NCBI RefSeq assembly: GCF_040938485.1
Contig: NW_027270907.1
Coordinates: 1,302,001 to 1,366,000, forward strand
Length of the DNA stretch: 64,000 nucleotides
Reading direction: 5' to 3'
Source of the DNA: Diadema antillarum
Lineage: Eukaryota
How positions within the stretch are numbered: position 1 is the first letter of the stretch; the number at the start of each line of letters is the position of its first letter. The translations under genes were made by a program, and so were the position numbers. Positions 34,981-47,888 of the stretch are shown in pieces. The notes below the pieces were generated by a model. That model was not told the DNA's origin and searched no databases. It saw only the letters and a list, made by a program, of their open reading frames with translations.

Positions 34981-36315
34981 ATGGCTACACGGGATGTTTT
35001 CGGCATTTTCCTGATCCTGTTAGCAACGTCTCCGAGACCGTTTGCTCAGAACTCGACATCCGTCAACTATCTTCACGTTGAGACAGCCACAACACTAGAA
35101 ATTAATGTTGCTGCACAGAATTCTACAACCACATCGGGGAATACACTACGGACCGCCGTTCTAGAACAGACAACGTTTGTCCCAGAATTTCAAACAGAAA
35201 TATTGTCGCTTGGGGCTGAGAATGTACGTTCATCTTACACGCCCGGAGAGGGTCAGATTAACGTGACACGTTACGACGACATAATAGCACTGAAGAGCAG
35301 TGGAACCAATACGACACCTTATACCATCGCTGATTGGTTGTGGCAACCGATCACGTGGTCATTGCAGCTGGGAATCCAGGCTTTCGTGTCAGTGCTTGGT
35401 ATGGGTGGAAATGCACTTGTCATGGCGGTTCTGTTTCGTCGCGGTGTGGAAAGAAGCTCTGCCGACACTCTCGTCGGGAATCTTGCCGCAGCGGACTTTC
35501 TCACCTCCGTCTTTATTTTCCCAAATCCGGTCGCTGTCAGCGTCCCGAAAACAGCCATTGCGGAAATGTATTGCCATTTTGTTTTCACCTCATTCTTTCT
35601 CTGGGCAAGCGCTTTGAGTTCAATCTTCACGCTGAGTGCAGCATCACTAGAGCGATATGTCGCAGTGGTCCACCCCATCCGTTGGAACCGCTACAAGAGA
35701 CGCCAATACGTTAATTTTGGCATCGTTCTCATCTGGTTTGCTGCCACGGGCTTCACCACCGATATCCCACTCACAACGAGCGTTGACGAGTCGTCGAGTT
35801 CCTGCCAAGTAAAGCATCTAACCTATGCTGGACAGATGGTCCTTGCAGTGGTTCATTTCGTTTTCAGCTTTGTGTTTCCCGCCACGATAATGTTAGTATC
35901 ACAGCTTTTAGCTGCTCGTGCTCTCTACAAGCAATCCAAACGTTTTACGGGGACCAGCGAAAGTGGCGACCACTCTACTGCATCGTTTAGACATCTTGTG
36001 GCCATGAATCGAATTTTGGGAATGCTCCTGATCGTAATCATTATCTACATTGCGTGCTGGGGTCCAAGCTCCACCGCCTTTTTCCTGTATAACTTACGTG
36101 TAATCGAGTCCAGCTTTCTGTATGGACCAGTTGATCGTGTGCTTGCTGTGCTGGCCCTGTTTAACTCTTGCGCCAATCCCATCGTGTATTTGGTTTGGAA
36201 TGCGCAATTCCGCACAGCTGTTATGAAATTCTTCACCGGCATGAAGATAAGTAATATTGCCCTCTTCGGGTTTCAGGAAGAATCAACCCGAAATAGTCAC
36301 GCTGAAAATGTTTGA
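34981..36315 (+). CDS. Class A GPCR, array copy 5
   Basis: 444 aa from homologous ATG 34981; ERY, CWGP, NSCANPIVY. Confidence 0.95.
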   Translation: MATRDVFGIFLILLATSPRPFAQNSTSVNYLHVETATTLEINVAAQNSTTTSGNTLRTAVLEQTTFVPEFQTEILSLGAENVRSSYTPGEGQINVTRYDDIIALKSSGTNTTPYTIADWLWQPITWSLQLGIQAFVSVLGMGGNALVMAVLFRRGVERSSADTLVGNLAAADFLTSVFIFPNPVAVSVPKTAIAEMYCHFVFTSFFLWASALSSIFTLSAASLERYVAVVHPIRWNRYKRRQYVNFGIVLIWFAATGFTTDIPLTTSVDESSSSCQVKHLTYAGQMVLAVVHFVFSFVFPATIMLVSQLLAARALYKQSKRFTGTSESGDHSTASFRHLVAMNRILGMLLIVIIIYIACWGPSSTAFFLYNLRVIESSFLYGPVDRVLAVLALFNSCANPIVYLVWNAQFRTAVMKFFTGMKISNIALFGFQEESTRNSHAENV

Positions 36316-36461
36316 TAAAGAAGAATCCCACCTTAAAGGACAAAAACCGGTTACGGGGCATTTTGTTACCATGTTGTTTGTTATCAAGTTATCACCAATT
36401 TCCGTTAATTATAAAAATGTCACAAAATTTAGAAAGCCATATTAACGGAACGCTACGTTAA

Positions 36462-36820
36462 AGGGATGGTATAGTATTGTTTGAAGTGAGGATTCAGCTT
36501 TCAACTTTTTGTTGGATACTTTGAGGCCACTAAGATAAAAACCACATTTAATTTGATGAAAATCGGTTTAGAATCGTTTTGAAAACCAAAGTAAAACAAA
36601 GCGATCCTAATAAAAGGTGACTTCCAACTTTTATTAGGATCGCTTTGCTTGGATATCTCGATTATTTCAAAACCAATTTTCATCAAACAAAATGTGATTT
36701 CCTCCTAGAATTATATGCTCTTTTATATCTCATAAGAGGTTTCTCATTATGTAAAAAAAGTCATCATCAAAAATTGCTAAAATCCTGAATCCCCATCTAA
36801 AGCGAAACTTGACCATTCCC
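36462..36820. mobile_element. TTAA-flanked MITE (Kolobok/piggyBac-type target)
   Basis: TTAA AGGGATGGT ... ACCATTCCC TTAA; internal palindrome AAAGCGATCCTAATAAAA...TTTTATTAGGATCGCTTT; related inverted remnant ~56360-56650. Confidence 0.7.
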
Positions 36821-37418
36821 TTAAGCCACTGACATAATTTGGCTTGCACCATTTCAAATTCATCTCATTCAAATTCACCATTTCGATTACATATAAGTAG
36901 CAAATACAGAAAAAAGAGAAAGCGATAAACGCGTTCTCTATTAGTCTTCAGTCTACTTAGTTCTATGAATGTGTCGAATGAATTTTCTTATTAATAGTTA
37001 CATGACTATACGACATTTTGTCTCTTGATGCTGTACTCTCAAAAAAAAATGAGGCTTGCCTGATGCATTCAAAATTAAATCATTATGCATCTATTTATTT
37101 TCGTTATTTCATCGTGCATCGTCAGATCATTGTCCGACTCAGTTCAAAACTGCTTTTTAAATGCTTCCCTGCAGTTTATTATGGATTTATACAAGTACAC
37201 CATGAAAATACATGGAACATAATCATGTAACAATAATATAAACACAAATTTCTTTGATATGGGCTCCACTACAGGGACATTTATTATCATAGGTTAAAAC
37301 ACACAGACAAGATAGTCATAGGTAACATAGTTTAAAAGAAGTACATTCAAACGGATAATGTATTATTCTAAAGGAAGACAACAACAAACGGAAGAACAAA
37401 AATATGTATAATAATTAT

Positions 37419-37980
37419 AGGACAAGTTCACCTTCATAGACATGTGGGTTGAGTGAATGCAGCAATATTAGTAGAACACAACAGTGAGAGTTTGAGCAAA
37501 ATCAGACAATCCGTTAAAAAGTTATGAATTTTTGAAATTTCTGCTCAGTCATGGCTGGATGAAAAGACTACTATAGCTTGTGATGTCATATTAGTACAAC
37601 GATATAAAGAAAGAATAAAGAAAATTCAACATATTTCCATTTTTCTCCCATAACAAAAGAACACTCGACTTCTCTCGTTCAGAAGGCAGGGGGAATAATA
37701 TTACCCTTAACATACGTCAGTATTAAGTCGAAGAACTGTGCACTTTATTAAAAAAGTAACGTTTTGTGAAATTCTCTTTTTATTTTCCTTATGTAGTTGT
37801 ACGCATGTGACATCATAATACTGCAGTATAGTCTTCCCTTCCAGCAGTGACTGCGCAGATACTTAAAATATTCATAACTTTTGAACGGATTGTCCAATTT
37901 TCCTCAAACTTTTACTGATGTGTTCTACTAATATTGCTGCATTATCTCAATCATTATGTATACGAAGGGGGACTTGTCCT
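37419..37980. mobile_element. TTAA-flanked MITE, AGGACAAGTTCACC family
   Basis: TIRs AGGACAAGT.C.CCTTC and long subterminal inverted arms (GCAGCAATATTAGTAGAACAC); flanks TTAT/TTAA. Confidence 0.85.
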
Positions 37981-38399
37981 TTAAGGACTTTTAAAATACC
38001 ATATGAATTTTCACCAAAAAGGAGCGTAAATGGTCACAGCTACACATCAAAATCAGATCAGAAGTTCATTTTACACCGCTAACATACACGACATATTTCT
38101 CAGTTCCTCAGTCATCGACGACAAGTATCATCTCACACCGGTATAGTTTTAGATGACTAAGAACTCGATTATAGGCTCACGTCACGTCATTTGATTTGCA
38201 TTTGCGACTGAAGTGAACATCACTGTTCAGAGATACTAAATAATTTCCAAAACTTTTAGCATTTACCTCACAGTTTGAATCTGAAGGATATTGAACTGAT
38301 TTGTCATCTTGAATGCAACATTTCTTGTGATACATTCCTCTGTGACAACCGTGAAGAATGCAAGAGAATACTCTTGAAACTGCCACACTTGAGAAGCCA

Positions 38400-38620
38400 G
38401 GGCGAATGTTCGGGAATTCAATTCCAATACCAAATACAAACACAGAAATGTAGCGATATTTCAAAATGAACATGATATTGATGAATTCTACACATTCTTG
38501 TACGCATGAGATGAGCTTCAAACCAAGATTTGATTTTGAGATATATTTGGATGCTTGTATCTTCTATCAAGACAAGCCTAGGTATAATATTATTGTCAGA
38601 GCACATTTCTTTAGTTTGTT
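38400..38620. other. Unexplained conserved block, homologous to ~60740-60960
   Basis: CAATTCCAA(T/C)ACCAAAT...AGAAATGTAGC(G/A)ATAT and downstream ...CAAGAC...ATATTA(T/A)TTGTC.G.GC.CATTTCTTT shared. Confidence 0.5.
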
Positions 38621-41600
38621 TTTAGCTCGTTATTTACGTTTTTCAAAGTAGAGGAAATTCTGCCTTTAAAAAGCAATTTTCAAATCTTTACTCCGAAAAT
38701 GCGGTATACAGTTGCACTATGTGTAATCTTAAGGAATGTGATACACTCAGTGTAATTATGTTGAATAGTGCTACACTCAGCGAAAGTTCTGACCAAAAAA
38801 AAAATGACAAAACATTCAGAATTTAAGATTTTTACTCTCGGTTTTTTACACGTCGCAAGCTGCATCTCCCACGCTGCATCATGGAAACCCTGTATGAATT
38901 CGCTGAATTAAGTGCTTATGTTTGTTTTTTTCATCAAAAAAAATACTTCAATATGATTATTTGTAACTACTTTATTTAGGCATCTGACATTATCTCCAGT
39001 AGAAGAAGTAAGAGGAATGAACTTAGCCCATCACTGAATTGATTAAAATATGAATCTACTTGCTTGGTAGTATAGATTGGGGAATTCGTGAGGTGATACC
39101 ATAGAACTGTAAATTAAAATGGTCTAACAAGTAGGACAACGTTTGAGTTGTGTTAAACGTTTGTATGGAAAGTGACGTAATAGAACAGTTGTTTCTAAAT
39201 AATCACATAGTCTGGATATTAGACAAATCGTCCGGAAGTATATTCACCTTCCATACGGCTGTTAATTATGAAATAAAATTTTGGTCCCTATGAGCGGAAT
39301 TTAAATGGTCCTCCTTTCATTGGGCCAATACACCTCAGTGTATCTTGTCAAGACCCACACCGGATCAAAACTCTTTCCCTCTATGTCTTCGGGGCCGGTT
39401 CTCGCTTACGAAGTCGGGGCACTGGAGCTGAATTAGTCTCCGCATGCAAGACGTTGATGTGTTTTAGGACGTCGATGTCACCTCAACATCAAACTCTCCA
39501 AGCGACCTGCGTTCAGCCATGCGTTGTTCCACGTGCAATCTGATCAGCACTGATTCCGGAGTCACGATCTAAAGTTGGTATTTGATTTTGTTAAAACCAG
39601 TACAGAAACTGGAATAAACTTGGAAAAAGACTTGTGTATGTCGTAAGAATGTTCTTACCTAGGCGAATTATACAGATTAATGACGTGAATAGTTGTTTAA
39701 TGTTATTGCAAAAATTGTCACTTCAAACTTAAGAATAAAGATAAAGAATTTACGGAATTCCTAAAGCGATTTCACAGCAGTATAGAACGTTTGCATTGAA
39801 GAATACATACATTGTATTTCAAAATGTATAACACTGTACCAACGTACATATTGACTTTGCAAGGGCGTGTATAAGTATCGACTGCAGGGAACAAGAAATC
39901 GTGTAAAAAAAATAGTTAGCGCGTCGTATACATCGATACTGGATGAAGTCATTTATGATCTACACGCATGTATCTAAAGGCCAAATCTACTGACGATCTG
40001 TGGGGTTTACCAAGCAACGACGCCAGCGCTGCACCAGCTGCTGAGGGGGGCCCGAAACCGGAACTCGAAAATCAAAGAACCTAAAAGTTACGTGTCTATT
40101 TATATTATGAATCTCTTGTTTGAATAATTGTTTATATCAAATTTCCACGTTGTAAACACACCAAAACTCGATTATTTAAAGTTGATTTAACTTGATTTAA
40201 TCTGTTTCGATCTGAATGTTTCTGAGTCAACGTAGTCAGAACAAATAACAAAAAACAGTCGCTCATGTGACAGAAGGATGATATTGAGTACTTGATAGTA
40301 GCAATATAGGCATGACTGTACAGACATGGTCAAAGGATCAGGAATCAAAGCGTCCAGCACACCTTATATTACTCCATCTGAAATTCCAAATGTATCCCCA
40401 AAATCGGGAAACCACAGCTGATCATATTTTGAAACACGAAAGGCAAGGGAACTTGCTTGTCGGATGTAGAAATGGATAAACATTTCGTCTTGGGGATGGA
40501 TTGTTAAAAGGGCATTGTACCGTTTTTTTTTTTTTTTCTATATGTTGTTCTTTTAATTCTAAAAGACCCAGCGGTGCAAACAAAATCAAAATTTCATAAC
40601 GATTTAGTCCGTAATTTCATGTTGAAAATGGAAATTTTTGGGCGAGAATTATGCTTATGAGCAGACGAGCCCGGATGTCGTGATGTCACAGGTGCCAAAT
40701 ATATCACTGATTACAAGCCCTCGCATACGCGTGCGTTAAATCGTGCCGAATAGCAGACGACGCTTAGGCCCAATTTAGCTAGCAGGCGGCACTTGTGTAC
40801 TATCCTATCCATGCAGCTGTCTCAAATTTCGCTGAACCAAATCGCACCAAAATTACAGGATATACTTCTAAGCATATTTCAAAACACTGTATTATATTTG
40901 AACGAAATCGGTAATCGAGAAGTATCAATATTGACGCCGACATTCAAGTTGTCACTCAAAAAAAAACTCACTCTTCGCGAGAGATCTTGGTAAACGCGAC
41001 ATGCACAATCTAGAACTGAAGTTAGCCGACTGGTACTATGCGAACGGGGAATTTACGCGGGAACTAAACTAAAAAATGTCATGATTTTGGCGATTTGTGT
41101 GATTTACGAACTTCATTTTTCATTCAACTTAGCTCAAATAGTTTATAAATTGATTTTTTGCTCCCGATTACTTGAAAGATTTGTCTCATGATATTAGATG
41201 GCTAACTTCAGTCTGTGCGTGCGCAGGCAGGTAGGGCTACTACGCCGCGATCACTCTTGTCTAGTACAGAGCAGATTATTTTTAGCGACGACAGGAAAGT
41301 CGACAACTTCACTTACGCTTCCCGACTTGCGATTTGGTTCCAATTATCGTGAGCAAGTGGACATGAGTCATAAAATATTTCTTGTGATTTTAGTACAATT
41401 TGGTTAAGTGAATTTTGAGATATCTACATGGATACGGAAGTATTCTAGCACTATACCTACACCAGCGCTTGGATCGCGAAGCGGCGGCATTGTGTATCTA
41501 CGTGGTCAGGCCACTCTTCCGAGAATGGGTCCTCTGTAACTAAAGCTAGATCTAAGTTAGTCCTTGGTGTTAATACGACCACCATGATATTATCTCGACT

Positions 41601-42879
41601 ACAAAAGCATTGAAAATCCATAAAGCAGATACCTTACCTGCAAAATTCAGCACAGAAACAACAGGACCTGCAGCACAAGGGCCTAGATCTAGCGGCAACG
41701 CTATCTACCTGAGCAGAGTCTGGACTTTCGTCTGGACTTTCTTCAAGTTCTGGCAGCAGGCTGGAGTATGTATTGTAGAACTAAAGGTTTACGCTGTGCC
41801 TATTATTAGCGCTGTGCACGTACAGCTGTCGGCGGGGCGGCGAGTAGAATCTTCTCGGTCCCTGACTGCTCACTAGTCCTAGTCCTAGTTCTAGTCTATA
41901 AGTCTATATGTACTGGGTGCCGTTTTCTTCTAACTAGGTGTAAAACGTGATTGCCGTTGACTATTTTTTTGGATTTAGATTTTAAGAATCACTCAGTCCT
42001 CATCTTCGTTAGATAGTTTGAACTGCGATGTCGAACCATTTATATTGCTCATCATCAATGCATAGTTAGTGCAACGTTACTTACACACAGTTTTCTATGG
42101 GCAGCACGTTCGGACAATGATGCCAATTTCATTTTGCATATCTGGAATATTCCCCACAAATTTTATCGAAATAAAAAGCTTTTGAAGAGATTCCTTTTAA
42201 AAATCAATAAATATTGTTTAACATGTTTATTTCACCTCCATATTGCAATTTTACTAAATAACCGTTTTGCAGTACTTCGTGTGAGATTTCATCAGTAAAT
42301 TGACATGTTTAGTTCGTTTTGCTAAAGTCGGAGGTTGGCACCTGTGACGTATGCCAAATTGTGTGGATCGTTCCTTGGTTTGATCGTTTTCATTTTTTTC
42401 AAAAAATCATTACAGGCTTATCCTGGGTTTTAGAATCCTCTCTTTCCAGTCGTAGGCATCAAAAAATGTAGATTAGAATTATCAGACAATTAGAAAATGT
42501 CAGTACAGTATTCTTTTAAAGGACCTACATTATATTCCAGGATAATAAAAGTTAACCTATCTGTTTAAAAAAATAAGTTGGTAGGATCTAGGCCATTTCG
42601 AAAGACATGGTTGTCGCTCATGAAGGCCTAAGTCAAGTGGGCACTTAAAGCATAGGTATTGTAAAGCCAGCAGAGGACTTGTATTGCTGTTGCCCAGGAA
42701 GATTGTAATTGACACCCTCCCCCCCCCCCCCCCGGTCCTACCCATCCCACCCATAACGACCAGGAAGAAGAAATGTATACAACCAATTGTTGTCGAGTAT
42801 ACATCTTGATATTTAGAGGCTGTTGCACTCCTTAACATGAATACTATGAACTGCAGTACATGGTTGAGGTATTTTGTCG

Positions 42880-44005
42880 GGACGGTGTTGGCAAATCCCA
42901 TGAGATCCTAACATAATATCGTGGTAGGCAAGTCATGTCCGATGTGATGCGAGAAATTAGCAGGCTATTGTCCATTTAACAAAAAAAAAAACATTATCCA
43001 ATGTACAACAAACTGGCGGAAAGATCAAACCAGACACTGAAGCATATTATTCTAAACAAAGATTCTGCTGGTTGTCCACGTTTGGACACACCAGTTATAG
43101 TTGGTTTACATACTGGAAGACTGATAGAGTAGGGGCCTACTATACCTGCGGCTCATGAAGAAGGTAGGACAACATACTATATACTACAATTCTCGGAGTA
43201 GGTATTGTAAATTTGATTTGGGTGACCTAACATCGAATATAAATCCGCCCACCCACAGATAAAACAAACCTGTCCGACGAAAAACCCCGTTTAGGTTAGC
43301 ACACAAGCCTGATTAAAAATGATTTTGTCTTCATTTTGAAGACGAAGATGCTTTATCTCTTGACAAGATACACTGATACAGCATACAGGAGTACGGTAAA
43401 GCCACAATGATGAAAATTAAAGTTTGGATGTATAAGTTGCAGGGATGTTGGAAGTCATCACACAGGCCACGATCACCTACCAGGAAGACGACGGCAACGA
43501 CGAGAGGACCGGATTTTCAACACCCAGCTCCATGACTGCACAAGTTTCGGTACTGGAGGCACATGAAACTGTAAAGGGGATCTGAAGATCAGCTGGGCAT
43601 TTCATGAAGCGTTTGGGTCGGATATTTTTCTAACAAACTGTTACAAGCTACTGAAATCCTTGCATCTGGCTGGCTGAGAGCAAATTTTGTCAGACAAAAT
43701 GCTTCACGAACTGCCCCCTGGACAGACCTGGAGGGTAGTCACCAGATCCAGATTAATGTGAGGTTGATGCAATGGGTGCATGTAGGGATGCAATGACTGA
43801 TCTTCCTGGTCAGACTCACTTTGGCCACCACTCGATCAGAGTAACATCAGATGACCCGGTATAACAAACACCTCATCTCGTCCCCATCCCCTTTCGAGGC
43901 GTCATTGAAGGAGTTAAGAAGATGGCCGAGATGGAAGTAGTAGAAACTCATAAATCTTCCCCATTGTGATTGTGTGTCGATTTTCGCCGGTTAAACCTTC
44001 ACGCG
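42880..44005 (+). mobile_element. Decayed Ty3/Gypsy pol fragment with integrase before RT (Gmr1-like)
   Basis: Integrase core EILT*YRGRQVMSDVMREISRLLSI...LAERSNQTLKHI; YNSRSR..KFDLGD; then RT start TDLPGQTHFGHHSIRVTSDDPV...SSPIV...CVDFRRLN. Confidence 0.75.
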
Positions 44006-44489
44006 GTCTAACAGTAACTTCCAATACCATCACTATCTCTTCTAATTTATAGACATTAATGAATAATGTAATCGAATTGTAAATGTGATATATTATTTGT
44101 CCCTGACCAGAAGAAATAATAAAAGATACTCACACACCATGATTGACATCATTATAGTTTTTCATTGGACGGTTTATTGATCAGAATGATGTAATCTCGA
44201 AAACAATAAGCGTCTACTGGTCCCATTTATTGCTAAGTTTCGACAAAGCTTACATATGGAGGTCTTAAATTTAGGTCTACTGTAGTTAACAATGAATTTA
44301 TATCTCGTTTCTCTTCTGTGACGTCTCTTTAATAATAATGAAATGATACATGAGATTTATATGGCCCCAGTTTTATCACTAATTGTTCACAGACGAGCTC
44401 AAGGAGCTTCATGACAATAAAGGAATAAGTAGAACAATAACGAGAAAATTATAATTAGTGTTTCAATAAAGATTGTCATTCATAATTTA

Positions 44490-46230
44490 ACAATTATTCT
44501 TCCGCTTCCGGTGGCTTGTCATTAAGGACGTTGAAAAATTGTTCTTTGATCTTCGAACACTGAGTAAGTGAGTTCCATAGTCATGACAGGGTTGGTCCGG
44601 CATGAGTGAATTAAAGGCCGTTCCCTCAGGGTCTCCGGGAAAGTTCAACACATGAGACTGGAAGAGGAGGATCGTAATACTCGTGTGGAATGATGATACA
44701 ATAAACGCTGAACAGCCCCTCGGCGAATGTTCGATTGATAACGTTATCATGCTGTGATCAAATGGTCTTGTTATTTTGTCAACTGTCTGTTGGCTGTACA
44801 CTGTATTTCTACCCTGCAAGGAAAACCAGATAAACAAAACACACGAACGTGCGCGCGCTTGCAAAAGCACACTCAACCAATCAACGTCGTGAGGTCGTAA
44901 AGATGTAGACACGGTCATGTTCTGAGCAGACGTGGCGTACCAGTAGAAGATAAAACCTAAAAAGAAACACATTGAAACATTATGGACAATTACCTCCCAT
45001 CAGATGCTAGCATTTTGATCTCTCCATCATATCGACAACAACAACAAAAATTAGGGCTGATTTTCCAGCTCTTGTTGATTGTGTTGGTACTGTTTTGCGT
45101 GTGTGTATGTGTGTGCGTTTGTGTGTGTATGTGTGTGTGAATTATGCAGTTGATGTTGTTGATTAAACACACATTTTATGAGGATGACAATCGCTACCTT
45201 GGCTTCAATTACGTTCTTCTAGGAAGAGGTAAAAGCTTCTTGCCATTATTAAAGATATCTCCAAAGCGTATGAATCAATACTTATTATTCCCGCAGTTTT
45301 CTTGACATTGTCCCTTATTGATTTATTGATCCCCCTCACTCCCGCAGCGGCTGTTATATCTTAAACAGAATGTTTCAAATGTAATTCTTGCCTTGGTACG
45401 TCAATGACCCTCCATTCAGATAGACTAACGTCTTAATGGTCTTCATTTGAACATCTGCGCAACTTCTTAATGAAAAACAACAACTAATTCTAGCAGAAGG
45501 TACACAGTAAGAGATACATGTGTACTTTTTTGTGGAGTTCTGCTTGTCTTTACTTCCATCCTTCTAAATTGCGAAACATTTAGAAAGTCCAATACCATCT
45601 CAAAAGAAGTATTCTAAGCTAGGATCGTCGCATGTTTTGTAACTTCCTAAGGCATTTACCAAGCAAAATCTGACTTGTAAAAAAAAAAGATACAGGAAGA
45701 AAGGGTATAAGACGGGTTTAATGACAGTTTGGTTTTCAGATGTGGTATTAGTCTTTCTCAAGGAGATTGCAAGCTGCTGGTCATATCAGCTCAGTAGCAC
45801 ATCTTGGAGGTCTGGAGGTGTACCGAAAAATTTCCCCAAGGTTGATATCTGTCCTTTCGCTTGAAAGCGCCTTGCAAACTACAGCCTTTGGGTTTATACC
45901 AGTATACCTCTGCAACTCACTGACTTCGTGCTGAGGGAACATATCCAACAGGATTCCCACGACTTGCCTCCCTCATCTTTATCGTTCGTACGTATTCGGT
46001 TCAAAGGTATTTTCTTTCAAAACTTTCTAATGATCTTTTCGCTATTCTATACTTCTATACTCGTTACAAATTTGTATAGGTCAGTTTTGTTCAATAAAAA
46101 TAACATAAAGGGTATGATTTTTTTTTTTCAATCTATCTCCCTCTGTCCAAATGATTGTTGTAAGATTGTAACTGTTGGTCTAATTTTTGCAAATATGTAG
46201 TAAAAATTAATTAGCAGGAATCGAACCTGT
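44490..46230 (-). pseudogene. Upstream partner module, unit 6
   Basis: Minus-strand intron 44814-44993 (GAG|GTAATT...TTTTCCTTGCAG); acceptor CTTACAG| at CT 46227-28; fragment DITAAAGVRGINKSIRDNVKKTAGII. Confidence 0.6.
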
Positions 46231-46756
46231 AAGCAGAAGATGACAGGTTCTATTCTCGCTGGTTCTTTTTTTCCCCTAAATGTTTGTTAAAATTTAGATC
46301 ACAGCTGCGATTTTACAAGTTTCAATTGTACAGAGGGCAGATAATTTGAAGAAAAATTACACTGCATATCTTCACCCCTCTGCTGAATACTAGTAACCTC
46401 CTACTTTCATAAAATAAAGCTACCTATTTCCCCCATTTGCTAATTTGCTGTATTGCTTAGACTGGCCAACCGATTAGTAAGACAGTAAACGGTTTTAATA
46501 TTACGTAAAACGAAAGAAAATACACAGATCCATAATGTTATACATGCATTTTCATAGGTATGTATAGTTTATGTATACATTAGGGAAATGCCTAATCACT
46601 GATGTCTTGTAGTTTATGACATCTTTTTTTTCAGACAGTCAAAATATAACTCCCCCAACACCTTTTTAAAAAAATATTCTTTGGTTTTCTTTTTCTTCAT
46701 ACATCTGTTTTTGGAGTCCAGCTAGGAGTAAATACAAGTCCGATTTTGTTCTAAAG

Positions 46757-47604
46757 GTGACCTCAATTGCACCACAAAACCAACAAAAAGTCGCCAGACA
46801 TGGTTTTTTTGTTTTTTTGTTGTTTTTTTTTTTTTAGTTAAGGGCAGATTCTGAAAGAGCAGACTCTAAGCTTCAAAATGGTGTATGACTCAATTCAAAT
46901 GGATTCTCCTCCTAACTTATATATACATTGGAAAGAAAGCCCACACTCTGGAAAAGTTTGAACTGAGGAAAGAGGCTCTGAAGTACATGTTCTAGTCAAG
47001 CGCTTAATCTTCACCAAGCCGTGCTGGCTTTGCGATGAATGAGACAAAAAAAAAGTATGTCAACGACTGTATCAACAACAATGAAGAGATTATCAAATTA
47101 AGGTTAAATTGAGCATGCTCTGTTAACACATTCTGTTATTAATAAATGCCAATCTTCAAGGTGGTAGCACTACTTTTCAAAAGTTATTAGAGTTGAAAGT
47201 GAAGGGTGTGCAAAGGATTTTCAAGAAATGAAAAGGGACCTAGTCTAAAGACGTGCCTGGGCCCCGTTTCATCAAAAGATAAAATCGATTTTAGATTTCC
47301 GTACCACACAGTCTGCCATAGACTTACAGTTGATATCAACTTTATAATCAATTTTAAGTCTTCATAAAACAGGGCCCTGATCACCTTACTCTACTAAAAA
47401 GGGTTGTGGAAAATCTGCTGAAAACCCACTTTCCCATTCAATTTCTGATCCCAAACTCAAGAATAGTATAGACGAAGAATAGCTCTTTTAGAAAATATGA
47501 AGAACTCATGCAAGATTGACTTGGTTGACCCGTTTCACCTTTTTGGAGTCCTCATGTAAAATCGAGGAGTGCGACATTTTGTTCGTTTTGTGATGTACGG
47601 TCAC
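46757..47604. mobile_element. MITE of the same family as 292-878
   Basis: Ends GTGACC...CACAAAACCAACAAAAAGTCGCCAGACAT and ...TTTTGTGATGTACGGTCAC; interior collinear with 292-878. Confidence 0.85.
47259..47377. mobile_element. ~120-bp mini-MITE nested in the previous element
   Basis: Imperfect TIR GGGCCC(C/T)GTTT(C/T)AT.AA...T.AAAAT.GAT; absent from the 292-878 copy. Confidence 0.65.
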
Positions 47605-47888
47605 AAATAGTGTGTTTACCATCTAAATAGATTGTACGCACTGTATACAGGGAGAAATAATTTTTTAGGAAGAATCATAAGAAAACCCTACGTTCCCCTT
47701 ACTTCCGTCTGTCAAGCACTCCCGAAATACACGTCATTTTTTTTTCATTACAGTACATCACGACCTTGATTGGAATGATGCAGTGCTGAGGGCACAGATG
47801 CTTCATGGAACAGTCTTGACGCAACAGGAAACCGGAATTCACGACAACAACAACAACAAAAATGGTCGAATACTCGGGTAGACAAAGT

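Noticed and set aside
39335-43378. 19-nt inverted match TCTTGACAAGATACACTGA (~39335-39353 and ~43358-43376)
   Set aside because: Flanks do not extend the match; plausible by chance in 64 kb of AT-rich DNA
44487-44972. 161-aa minus-strand ORF in unit 6 as an intact partner gene
   Set aside because: Runs through the predicted intron, and the frame is closed in the homologous regions of other units
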